A stretch of DNA of 61,749 nt from an uncultured Candidatus Poseidoniales archaeon (GTDB lineage Archaea; Thermoplasmatota; Poseidoniia; Poseidoniales; Thalassarchaeaceae), in contig CAZMVZ010000005.1 in the NCBI GenBank assembly GCA_964570065.1, positions 1 through 61,749 on the forward strand, given 5' to 3'. Made by a program: the position numbers and the translations under genes. The notes under the pieces are model-generated. The model was not told the origin of the DNA, did no database searches, and was given only the letters and a program-made list of their open reading frames with translations. Shown in pieces: positions 1 through 8,178 of this stretch. Position 1 is the stretch's first letter, and each line of letters starts with the position of its first letter.

Positions 1-613
1 CCATCCATATCGCCTCATTACCCAGAACAACGCCAAGCCTACTTGTTGCGAATCCCGGCACGTCACTGACTAGTATGGTGGTCTTCCCCATCGCCTCTCC
101 TACTTCCTTTGCAACAGACACGGTACGTTCGTCGACCGCTTCGTGACGCACTATCTCCAGGAGTTTCATCAATGGTACTGGATTGAAGAAATGCATCCCT
201 ATCACCCTCTCGGGGCAACTAGTGTTTGCAGCAATCTCAGAAATTGGTAGGCCAGACGTGTTCGTGGCGAGAATTGCATTTGGGGATGATAAGACCTCTA
301 ACTCTTCGAAAATTGACCTCTTCAGTCCCATCTTCTCCGGCACTGCTTCTATTACAATATCCGAGTCCTTCACTGCTTCTGACATCTCGCTGGTCGCAAT
401 CAGGTTGCACCTCCACTCTTCCTTCTGTTCGGGAGTAGTCTTGCCCTTGGAAATCCCCTTCTCCCAGAACTCTTCTATATTCTTCATCCCCCTTTCTAGG
501 GACTCCGGAAATGCATCGAATAACCTGGTCTCCCAGCCAGTCTGGGCACAGACTTGGGCAATCCCAGAGCCCATCGTCCCTGCGCCGATAACAGCAACCC
601 TGCGTATTGTCAC
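1..613 (-). CDS. 3-hydroxyacyl-CoA dehydrogenase, NAD-binding type (N-terminal part; C-terminus runs off the window start)
   Basis: Absent from the ORF track because it is truncated. Minus-strand translation from GTG at 613 reads TIRRVAVIGAGTMGSGIAQVCAQTGWE...VIGMHFFNPVPLMKLLEIVRH...GFATSRL: Rossmann GxGxxG plus the HFFNP motif typical of Hbd/FadB-type dehydrogenases. Confidence 0.85.
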   Translation of the reverse strand, partial: MTIRRVAVIGAGTMGSGIAQVCAQTGWETRLFDAFPESLERGMKNIEEFWEKGISKGKTTPEQKEEWRCNLIATSEMSEAVKDSDIVIEAVPEKMGLKRSIFEELEVLSSPNAILATNTSGLPISEIAANTSCPERVIGMHFFNPVPLMKLLEIVRHEAVDERTVSVAKEVGEAMGKTTILVSDVPGFATSRLGVVLGNEAIWM

Positions 614-647
614 GAGTGCCGGATGGTCTGCTGGGAAATAAGCAGTG

Positions 648-1211
648 CTAACCCTCACGGCCATATGCTGCCAGAGCAGACTGGAACAGCCTCTGCCGAG
701 GCACGTCATGCTCCAAGAAGCAAGTGAAGGGGGCTACGTCCTTCAGGAGCTCGATAGAAGAGACGTATGCTCCGTAGACGAATGGGTCTGCCTCCTGCAT
801 CTCTGGGATCTCAATCCCCAGCTTCCCCAGCCCCTTTCTGGTGTCATCGTCCCATATGGAGTATGTATGGTGGGTGAAATGTAGGTATGCGGAGAGCCTT
901 CGCATGTCAGATCTAGCCTTGTCGGTCAGGCTCTCGATCAGAAGGGTGTCTGGATAGCGAATCGCATACAGTGATAGGAGGACTTCTCGTTGAGTCTCGG
1001 CTCTCCATGCTCGTTCTTCTAGCCCCATCCATCGGTCAATCATGTCAAGCATTTCTGGGTTGTATGGCCTATAGATCCGATAGAGCAGGTTCTCGTATCC
1101 GTTTGGGTCCTGTCCCTCTGAGTGGTGATGCTCTTGGAATAGCTCGGTCAGCCTGTCGAAGAATGGCCGACAGAGGTCCTTGTCGAAAAGGGATAGAGCG
1201 ACGTGCTGCAT
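648..1211 (-). CDS. hypothetical protein, possible partner subunit of the adjacent di-iron oxygenase
   Basis: ATG-started 187-aa ORF packed between hbd-like and di-iron oxygenase-like genes on the same strand. No motif recognised. Confidence 0.5.
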   Translation of the reverse strand: MQHVALSLFDKDLCRPFFDRLTELFQEHHHSEGQDPNGYENLLYRIYRPYNPEMLDMIDRWMGLEERAWRAETQREVLLSLYAIRYPDTLLIESLTDKARSDMRRLSAYLHFTHHTYSIWDDDTRKGLGKLGIEIPEMQEADPFVYGAYVSSIELLKDVAPFTCFLEHDVPRQRLFQSALAAYGREG

Positions 1212-1227
1212 GGGCGTTCCTCCGTGA

Positions 1228-2370
1228 CTAGTTGTCCTTCCATTCTCTGTACTGTATCCATTCCTGCTTCATGTAGTCGTTAAGCAGCCTTTCCTCGTCT
1301 TCGTCTGTCGGAAGGACTGTTGCTAGGTAGTCCTCCCACTCTTGGTCACTGCCATCGAAAGGTTCGCCCTCTACTGTGAAATTCTTTCCAGCGTACTTCC
1401 CGATTCCTCTCTTGAATTTGTCCGAGGGGATGAATAGCTCCGGCTCGCCCTCCTTGCGGGCTTTGCTGATCCTCCTCATCTCCTCACTCAGTTCTTGGAA
1501 GTATAGGTCCCTGCTAGCCTCGTTGAGGTGATCCCTGTCTGCAGAATCAGTCGCCTCCCTCTCATCATAACGGCCCTTAATTCCGTAGACGTAGGCCCAT
1601 TGTGCGCTTGTCGAGTCATCGGTCCCGAACAAGTCTAGTCCTGTGCTGACCCATTTGTTTACGTATTTCTGGACAAGAGCACAGGGTATGACGCCCTGCT
1701 TCACTATCCTCCTGAGGCCATTGGCTCCTGTACCTAGGTGGAATGACTCCTCCTTTAGCATCGGACCCATACTGGCTGCAAGCGGTTTGAAGGAGGAAGT
1801 GCTGAGCATCTTCAACTGATACTTCCCATCCCTGTCGATGAAGTGTGTGAACATGAAGAAGTCCAGCCAGTGGTCTATTGGCTCGTTGAAAGACCCCAAG
1901 ATCCTCGTTCCCTCCTGTGCGTTTCTCTCTAGGAGCTTCGCGGCTTCCCTGACTCCCTGTTCTCCGAAGAATGTGCAGAGTAGGTATGCCATTTGCCACC
2001 CATGCCTCTGTTCTTCACACATGATTCTGAGTGCAGACTTCTTGTCGTACTCAGTTGGCGCTGTTTCCAGCAGATGGTTCTGCTGCTCGACGCTAGCAAA
2101 CTCTGTGTCACCTTGGACACTAACCATGGTGATAATCGCATCCATGATGTTCTGTTGGGGGATTTGCATCCTCCGATTCCACTTAGGCATGCCCTCGAAA
2201 TCGCCGAACTCTATCTCATTGCCCGCAGTGTCCCAGTCGAACTTTATGTCGAACCTGTAGTCTCCCAGCCAAGAGGGATCGAATCCAATCCTCGTCTGCC
2301 AGTCATTGAATTCTTCAATCCATGTCTCAAAGTTCGTCGGGTAACTTTCTACTACCTCGGTATCAGCCAT
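1228..2370 (-). CDS. ferritin-like di-iron carboxylate oxygenase, PaaA/BoxB (aryl-CoA epoxidase) family-like
   Basis: Two ExxH motifs (MCEEQRHGW and LKEESFHLG), each preceded about 30 residues upstream by an acidic residue (GDTEF, FIDRDG). ATG at 2370 is preferred over the track TTG at 2382. Confidence 0.6.
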   Translation of the reverse strand: MADTEVVESYPTNFETWIEEFNDWQTRIGFDPSWLGDYRFDIKFDWDTAGNEIEFGDFEGMPKWNRRMQIPQQNIMDAIITMVSVQGDTEFASVEQQNHLLETAPTEYDKKSALRIMCEEQRHGWQMAYLLCTFFGEQGVREAAKLLERNAQEGTRILGSFNEPIDHWLDFFMFTHFIDRDGKYQLKMLSTSSFKPLAASMGPMLKEESFHLGTGANGLRRIVKQGVIPCALVQKYVNKWVSTGLDLFGTDDSTSAQWAYVYGIKGRYDEREATDSADRDHLNEASRDLYFQELSEEMRRISKARKEGEPELFIPSDKFKRGIGKYAGKNFTVEGEPFDGSDQEWEDYLATVLPTDEDEERLLNDYMKQEWIQYREWKDN

Positions 2371-2434
2371 TGAGCATCCCAATACAAACGGGTATTTCAG
2401 CGATTGCTTCCCTCAATTACGAAGCATTCCAAGG

Positions 2435-3319
2435 CTACTTTCCTTCGAACCTAGGTGTCTGCTTGTCTACGTAGGCCTTGATTCCAGTCTTCGCATCATC
2501 CGACTGGAATAGGTCAGACTGCAATTCCCGCTCTAAAGCCAGATGATACTCCAGTGGAATCTCGAGTCCGCTCTGTACGCTCCGCTTGATGTTCCCGATC
2601 GCCTTTGCTGCAGCGAATGGTAGTGTGAAGCGTCCAGAGTAGTCAAGGACGTCCTGGTGGAATTCCTCCAGAGTCATGCTATCATAGATGTCATGAACCA
2701 AATCCATGTCCTTCGCTTCTTCGAAGGAGAACTTCCTACCAGTAACCATGATCTCCATTGACTTCGCCTTTCCGACAAGACGTGAAAGCCTAGCCGTGCC
2801 CCCGGTTCCCGCTAGAACGCCTAGGGATACCTCGGGTAGTCCGACCTGGAAGTTACCCTTCCTAGCAATCCTGATGTCTGCTGCCATGGCGATTTCCAAG
2901 CCCCCTCCCACGGTGTGTCCATTCAGAGCTGCGATGACTATCTTTGGCGTTTGTTCCAATCTTGAAAGAGTCTCGTTGGCATGCAGGCAGAAGAAATACT
3001 TGTATCGGGGAGTGAGTTTGTTCAGATACTTGATGCTAGCCCCGGCAGAAAAGAACTTCTCTCCATGGCCAGTAAGAAGGATTACTGAGACGTCATCATC
3101 GAACCTAGCACTCAGGATTGCATCATCAATGTCATGCCACATCTCCCTGGTGTATGTGTTTACCGCTGTCCTATCTCCCTCCAAGGGCTCTCCGTCAGAG
3201 TCGGAAACCAGTTCAATTATTGCTACCCCGTTTTCTGTTACCCCGTAGTTTACGAGGCGGTTTTTCATGGGCTTTAACTCGGGCCATGTTGTCATACTCA
3301 CACGACCGAGTTCCGCCAT
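2435..3319 (-). CDS. enoyl-CoA hydratase/isomerase (crotonase family)
   Basis: FFSAGASIKYL and NGHTVGGGLEIAMAADIRIA oxyanion-hole motifs. ATG at 3319 (track TTG at 3328). Confidence 0.85.
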   Translation of the reverse strand: MAELGRVSMTTWPELKPMKNRLVNYGVTENGVAIIELVSDSDGEPLEGDRTAVNTYTREMWHDIDDAILSARFDDDVSVILLTGHGEKFFSAGASIKYLNKLTPRYKYFFCLHANETLSRLEQTPKIVIAALNGHTVGGGLEIAMAADIRIARKGNFQVGLPEVSLGVLAGTGGTARLSRLVGKAKSMEIMVTGRKFSFEEAKDMDLVHDIYDSMTLEEFHQDVLDYSGRFTLPFAAAKAIGNIKRSVQSGLEIPLEYHLALERELQSDLFQSDDAKTGIKAYVDKQTPRFEGK

Positions 3320-3345
3320 ATCAACCAAACGGAGGACGAACTAGG

Positions 3346-4584
3346 CTAATCATCCGACTCTTTGAACGAAAGCGTCCCACCGCCTTTCCTGACTGATTTC
3401 CACTCTTCACGGATTTCTTTTGCCCTTTCGCTGGACTCCCAAATATCTCTGTTGAGAGGTTTTCTGAATGGCATCCTGTGAACGACCCTCCCATCCGAGA
3501 GGACCTTTCTCCTTAGCATCCCTATTTTCACAACTGGCCAAAGTGCTCTTCGAATCAGACCCGGTTTGTACAGCCAACGCATGAAACTCAAACCATCACC
3601 CTTCTTTTTCTGATCTCTCATCCACCGATTCGCCACAATCTTGAACCCCCTGTCTCCTACCCTATTCATCAGGAATCGATTTATCGCACTGGCTCTAACT
3701 AATGGGACTAGGCGCTTCCTGACTTCTTTCTCGTAATCGAACTCACCTAGTATGGCTTTGGCGGAGAGCACCCCGCTTGTGATTGCGTACCTCATTCCAA
3801 AACCCCACATGAAGTCTTGCAATCCCCCAGCCTCCCCTACGTAGAACCTCCCTTCGTGTTCGTATTTGGTCGGGAGTCCAAAGTCCCCCTTACCCCCGAC
3901 CCTCTTGAGTGGTTTCCTATTCAGATCGTAGTTCTCCTCGTACCAAGCTATTGTTTCGTCAAGATAACGCCCGCTATTCCTCTGCTTCCTCCAGAGGCAG
4001 GTGCAAATCAGGCCTATGCCGTCAATGATGATCAAGTAAGAATACGCCCCTGGGGCCAATTTGTCGTTAAGTTGGAATGCCACAATGTTTCGATGTGACG
4101 TCTCAAAGATCTCCCCGTAGGCGACTGCACTGGATTCCTTTGGCCCAGCAGCAACAATGTCGCATTCTTCGGGTGCCTTTCTGGTACTATAGTGGATGTT
4201 AACCCCAGCTTCCAAAGCCATCCTCTTGAATCCCTGATCTATTGTGTGACTGGAGGTCCCCCTCTCCACCACTCTGAAAGCCACACCCTCTGTTTCTGGA
4301 TGTGTAATCACATCATCTGGATGGATGAGGTCGATAATCCCAAATGCATCAGATTTGAACTCGTTAGCGTCAAAACCCCATTCGGCCAATTCGTCAAAGA
4401 AGTCTACTTCACTAGTCCAATTCTCTATTCCCTGGAAGTCACCATCAAATCTAGCCCCACTATCCTTCCTAATCTCATGAACATGAACCTCTTTTCCGGA
4501 TCGGGCTAATATTGTTGCAGCCGCCAATCCAGATAGTCCAGCCCCAAGGACATGCACTTCATCGTTCACAATATTGCGAATCAT
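3346..4584 (-). CDS. FAD-dependent oxidoreductase (geranylgeranyl reductase-like fold) with a basic C-terminal extension
   Basis: Internal ATG at 4584 gives MIRNIVNDEVHVLGAGLSGLAAATILARSGKEVHVHE, a dinucleotide-binding GxGxxG. The track's 99-aa N-terminal extension overlaps moaE and looks non-coding. Confidence 0.7.
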   Translation of the reverse strand: MIRNIVNDEVHVLGAGLSGLAAATILARSGKEVHVHEIRKDSGARFDGDFQGIENWTSEVDFFDELAEWGFDANEFKSDAFGIIDLIHPDDVITHPETEGVAFRVVERGTSSHTIDQGFKRMALEAGVNIHYSTRKAPEECDIVAAGPKESSAVAYGEIFETSHRNIVAFQLNDKLAPGAYSYLIIIDGIGLICTCLWRKQRNSGRYLDETIAWYEENYDLNRKPLKRVGGKGDFGLPTKYEHEGRFYVGEAGGLQDFMWGFGMRYAITSGVLSAKAILGEFDYEKEVRKRLVPLVRASAINRFLMNRVGDRGFKIVANRWMRDQKKKGDGLSFMRWLYKPGLIRRALWPVVKIGMLRRKVLSDGRVVHRMPFRKPLNRDIWESSERAKEIREEWKSVRKGGGTLSFKESDD

Positions 4585-4645
4585 GACGTTCGCTTGAACA
4601 GTTGGGTCATCCGTCGATTTCAAGCGAGAAATCTCATGGGGCACT

Positions 4646-5065
4646 GTGACCGTGCATATCGAGGTAGCCAGAAGACCTCTCGAAGTCGCTAAACTGAGAG
4701 GCCTAGTTGACACACAAGGATGTGGCAGCATAGTTAGTTTCGTCGGAGTTACTAGAGGGATGGAAGAAGGCTTCTCAGTGAAGAGCCTCGAATTTGACGC
4801 CTGGGAGGACAAACTACCAGATGTGCTTCGCAGCATAGCTAACCAGTCGATAACTGAGTTTGGGGTTAAATCAGTTGTCATTGCTCATCGAATTGGTTCA
4901 GTTGAACCCAGTGAGGACATTGTCTGCATCCATGTGGGCTCCGCTCACAGGGAGGAGGGTTTCTCTGCATGCTCCTGGTTAATTTCTGAATTGAAGAAGC
5001 AAGCCCCACTTTGGAAGAAGGAGATTAGAGAGGACGGGGAATTTTGGAAGGCAGGTCTGGGTTGA
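4646..5065 (+). CDS. moaE: molybdopterin synthase catalytic subunit MoaE
   Basis: GSIVSFVGVTRG...VIAHRIGSVEPSEDIVCIHVGSAHREEGFSACSWLISELKKQAPLWKKE, the typical MoaE pattern. GTG start. Confidence 0.85.
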   Translation: MTVHIEVARRPLEVAKLRGLVDTQGCGSIVSFVGVTRGMEEGFSVKSLEFDAWEDKLPDVLRSIANQSITEFGVKSVVIAHRIGSVEPSEDIVCIHVGSAHREEGFSACSWLISELKKQAPLWKKEIREDGEFWKAGLG

Positions 5066-5151
5066 TCGGGTAAAAACTCCAACATCCTCTTTCCGAGCCT
5101 CTGAATAGGGATTGCCTCATCCGAGCTACGTATAACGGCAGAGGTGACATA

Positions 5152-5595
5152 GTGGGGATAGTGGATGTTGGATCAAAGCCGATTCTAGAGAGAGAAGCCA
5201 CGGCTACTGGTTTCATTCGCCTCTCGAAGGAGGCCATCGACTCTGTGATCACTGGAAATTCCCCCAAGGGCGACGTTCGCGGAGCATCTACAATATCTGC
5301 AATTCAAGCTGTCAAGGAGACGCCTCGTACACTTCCCCATTGCCACCCGATTCCAATCGAGGGTTGCAATGTTGAATGGGGGGTTCTTGAGGGGGAACTG
5401 CATTGCACAGTGACTGTTCGGACGCATTGGACAACGGGAGTTGAAATGGAGGCTCTCTGTGGGGTTAGTGCTGGATTACTTTGTGCATGGGATATGCTGA
5501 AACCCATTGAGAAGGATGAAGATGGCCAGTATCCAACTCTTTCAATTGAGGGCATTAGGGTACTGCGAAAGAAGAAGTCACACCCACAGGGTTGA
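5152..5595 (+). CDS. moaC: cyclic pyranopterin monophosphate synthase MoaC
   Basis: KGDVRGASTISAIQAVKETPRTLPHCHPIPIE...TGVEMEALCGVSAGLLCAWDMLK. GTG start preceded by GAGGTGA. Confidence 0.9.
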   Translation: MGIVDVGSKPILEREATATGFIRLSKEAIDSVITGNSPKGDVRGASTISAIQAVKETPRTLPHCHPIPIEGCNVEWGVLEGELHCTVTVRTHWTTGVEMEALCGVSAGLLCAWDMLKPIEKDEDGQYPTLSIEGIRVLRKKKSHPQG

Positions 5596-5619
5596 TTTCC
5601 CGAACCCCTTCACACGGGC

Positions 5620-6567
5620 ATGCCAACCGCTGATTTGATTCCGGAATTTCTGAAGGCTACTGAAGCAGCAGCGATTGCCGCCTCAAAATGGAAGGGAATG
5701 GGCGATGGGAAGGCTGCTGATGGAGCAGCGGTGGAAGCAATGCGGGAAGTCTTCGATTCGGTACCATTTGATGGGAGGGTTGCAATCGGGGAGGGGGAGC
5801 GCGACGATGCCCCCATGCTTTGGATCGGGGAGCCTCTAGGCTCGAAGCAGGGCGATCCAAGTGCCCCATCCATCGACATTGCAGTGGACCCTCTCGAATG
5901 CACAAATCATGTAGCATATGACCTTCCAAATGCGATGGCCGTTCTTGCTGCAGGGCCTAGAGGAACGCTTCTCCATGCCCCTGACTGCTATATGGATAAG
6001 ATTGCAGGACCAGCAGAAATCTCAGGAGTAACTAGTCTGGAAGCGGATGTCGATTACAACATTGAGGGGGCCTCAAACGCACTAGGAAAGAGACCCGATG
6101 AGATGAAAGTTGTAGTAATGGATAGACCCAGGCACGATGAACTAATTGGGGACTTGAAGCGTCTTGGAATTAATCCAATATTAATTGGGGACGGCGACAT
6201 TGCTGCAGCGCTAAATGCTGCAGATCCAAATTCGGAAATAGACATGCTAATGGGAATCGGCGCCGCTCCAGAAGGGGTGATTACTGCCACTGCATTGAGG
6301 GGGCTGGAGTCTTCATTCGAAGGCCGTTTAGTTTTCAAGAATGAAGGCCATAGAGATAGAGCAGAGAACATGATCGACGGGGATATTGAGAGAATATGGG
6401 CTCGAGATGATTTATGCTCCTCTGACGATTCAGTTTTCATTGGAACCGGTGTTTGTGATGGAAGGACAAAGGGAGTGGAAGATATCGGAGATGGCAGTCA
6501 CAGAGTATCTTCGGAGGTAATCGACGTCCTTTCCAAAAATCACTACATTTCTTCAACAATTGTTTAG
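5620..6567 (+). CDS. glpX: class II fructose-1,6-bisphosphatase (GlpX type)
   Basis: ATEAAAIAASKWKGMGDGKAADGAAVEAMREVFDSVPFDGRVAIGEGERDDAPMLWIGE closely parallels the GlpX N-terminus. Confidence 0.9.
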   Translation: MPTADLIPEFLKATEAAAIAASKWKGMGDGKAADGAAVEAMREVFDSVPFDGRVAIGEGERDDAPMLWIGEPLGSKQGDPSAPSIDIAVDPLECTNHVAYDLPNAMAVLAAGPRGTLLHAPDCYMDKIAGPAEISGVTSLEADVDYNIEGASNALGKRPDEMKVVVMDRPRHDELIGDLKRLGINPILIGDGDIAAALNAADPNSEIDMLMGIGAAPEGVITATALRGLESSFEGRLVFKNEGHRDRAENMIDGDIERIWARDDLCSSDDSVFIGTGVCDGRTKGVEDIGDGSHRVSSEVIDVLSKNHYISSTIV

Positions 6568-6649
6568 TCTGAAATTCCAATCTAGGAAAATATCCTCGAT
6601 GACGATGGTTTCTTTTCTCAGAACGTTTTCCACACAGCCGGGGAAACGG

Positions 6650-7669
6650 ATGGACAAGCAATTATTGGAGAAAAATGCGAGAGAATTGGTATCCCCGGGT
6701 CGAGGGATACTGGCTGCAGATGAGAGCAATGGGACCATGTCAAACCGTCTTGAGGCGGTTGGAATCAAACCCTCTTCCGAGGCCAGACGAGCTTATCGCG
6801 CCAATCTATTCTCTACAGAGGGATATGAATCCGCAATAAGTGGAGTGATACTATTCGATGAAACAATCCGCCAATCTATGGACAATGGGAAACCAATTAC
6901 CCAAGAACTCTCAGAAAGAGGAATTCTTCCAGGGATTAAAGTCGATACCGGTGCAAAAGAACTTGCCAATCACGAAGGTGAGAAGATCACCGAGGGCCTT
7001 GATGGGCTTAGAGAAAGGTGCACAGAATATTTTGCCATGGGTGCAAGATTCGCAAAATGGCGGGCAGTAATCAGGATTGGTGATGGGATTCCAAGCTCAG
7101 CATGCCTCTACACAAACGCACATGCTTTAGCTAGATATTCTGCAATTTGCCAAGAGCAGGGACTAGTTCCAATAATCGAGCCAGAAGTTCTCATGGACGG
7201 TGACCATGATGCTAGTGTGTGCTTCGATGTCACATCTTCGATACTCGCCGCTACTTTCACAGAGTGTGAGGAACAGGGGGTTCACATTCCAGGAGCACTA
7301 TTGAAGCCAAACATGATCATTGCTGGGAAGGATTGCGAAGATCAGATTTCCAGAGAGGAAGTTGCTAGGATGACTGTCGAATGCCTAACAAAAAATGTTC
7401 CACATGATTTGCCAGGAATAGTTTTCCTTTCCGGGGGGCAGTCCGATGAAGACGCAACAGCACATCTCAATCTAATGAACAAAATGGGAGTCGAACATCC
7501 TTGGCAGCTATCTTACTCATACGGCAGGGCTCTCCAAGCAGATGCTTTGAGGAAGTGGTCGGAGAACGTCGAAGACTCAGATATCTCCAGCTGCTCGGCG
7601 TTTTTACACAGAGCAAAAATGAACAGTCTAGCTAGAAGTGGCGATTGGAATGAAGACCTAGAAGGTTGA
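6650..7669 (+). CDS. fba: fructose-bisphosphate aldolase, class I (eukaryote/bacterial type)
   Basis: GRGILAADESNGTMSNRLEAVGI, ILFDETI, GIKVDTG, LKPNM and SGGQSDE motifs. ATG at 6650 is preferred over the track start at 6560, which overlaps glpX. Confidence 0.9.
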   Translation: MDKQLLEKNARELVSPGRGILAADESNGTMSNRLEAVGIKPSSEARRAYRANLFSTEGYESAISGVILFDETIRQSMDNGKPITQELSERGILPGIKVDTGAKELANHEGEKITEGLDGLRERCTEYFAMGARFAKWRAVIRIGDGIPSSACLYTNAHALARYSAICQEQGLVPIIEPEVLMDGDHDASVCFDVTSSILAATFTECEEQGVHIPGALLKPNMIIAGKDCEDQISREEVARMTVECLTKNVPHDLPGIVFLSGGQSDEDATAHLNLMNKMGVEHPWQLSYSYGRALQADALRKWSENVEDSDISSCSAFLHRAKMNSLARSGDWNEDLEG

Positions 7670-7924
7670 TCAGGACTTTTCTTCTAATGCCCCGGGTCGA
7701 ACCTGCCAGACACAGATTTCGTATCTCCCCGAAAGTGCTCCACCTCTCTTTGTGGTAGCCACCTTGAGGATGTCCTTGTCTTTGGAGAGTACATTTCCAA
7801 GCTGCTGCGGTGTTGTTCCATGCCTCATCGTTGAGTTCACATGCTCCAGAATTTCCGTGGTGTTCGCTTCCCCTCTTTCGTCCAGGAATTTTTTGATCTT
7901 TTGCCTTAGTCTCGTAGTCCTCAT
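7670..7924 (-). CDS. small winged-helix DNA-binding protein (hypothetical)
   Basis: 84-aa basic protein. KKFLDERGEANTTEILEHVN...TPQQLGNVLSKD resembles a helix-turn-helix plus wing. ATG start. Divergent from the 876-aa gene. Confidence 0.55.
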   Translation of the reverse strand: MRTTRLRQKIKKFLDERGEANTTEILEHVNSTMRHGTTPQQLGNVLSKDKDILKVATTKRGGALSGRYEICVWQVRPGALEEKS

Positions 7925-8085
7925 AATTTCACTCTACTCTTTTCTGGACCCCCACATTGTCCACTTTTTACAGGATGGCGGAGGGTAATATAATGCTTCT
8001 GTATGTATTTCCGCTCTTTGGTTACAAATAATGACATATTTATTCCAACTTTTTCTGAATTACTTTTGCGTATCATCGAGGATAG

Positions 8086-8103
8086 GGAAATTTCCACTGG
8101 AAA
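8086..8103. repeat. overlapping palindromes GGAAATTTCC / TTTCCAcTGGAAA (ORB-like dyad or operator)
   Basis: Read directly: 8086-8095 is a perfect 10-bp palindrome and 8091-8103 a 6+1+6 dyad, in an AT-rich divergent intergenic region. The core resembles the archaeal origin recognition box TTCCAnTGGAAA. Confidence 0.4.
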
Positions 8104-8178
8104 CATATAACTAAATGTAACAAAAACAAATAATTTATTACTATCTTACAGATAGTCCCATTCTGTAGGTGTTTTTTG

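Noticed and set aside
183-641. 152-aa plus-strand ORF (and nested 226-438) at the window start
   Set aside because: It lies antisense to a clearly recognisable 3-hydroxyacyl-CoA dehydrogenase reading frame (GAGTMGSGIAQ..., HFFNP). Its own sequence is low-complexity, with no motif.
4585-4881. 99-codon N-terminal extension of the FAD oxidoreductase ORF in the track
   Set aside because: The extension overlaps moaE on the opposite strand and precedes the GxGxxG motif by ~100 Ser/Thr/Pro/Leu-rich low-complexity residues. The internal ATG at 4584 gives a normal N-terminus.
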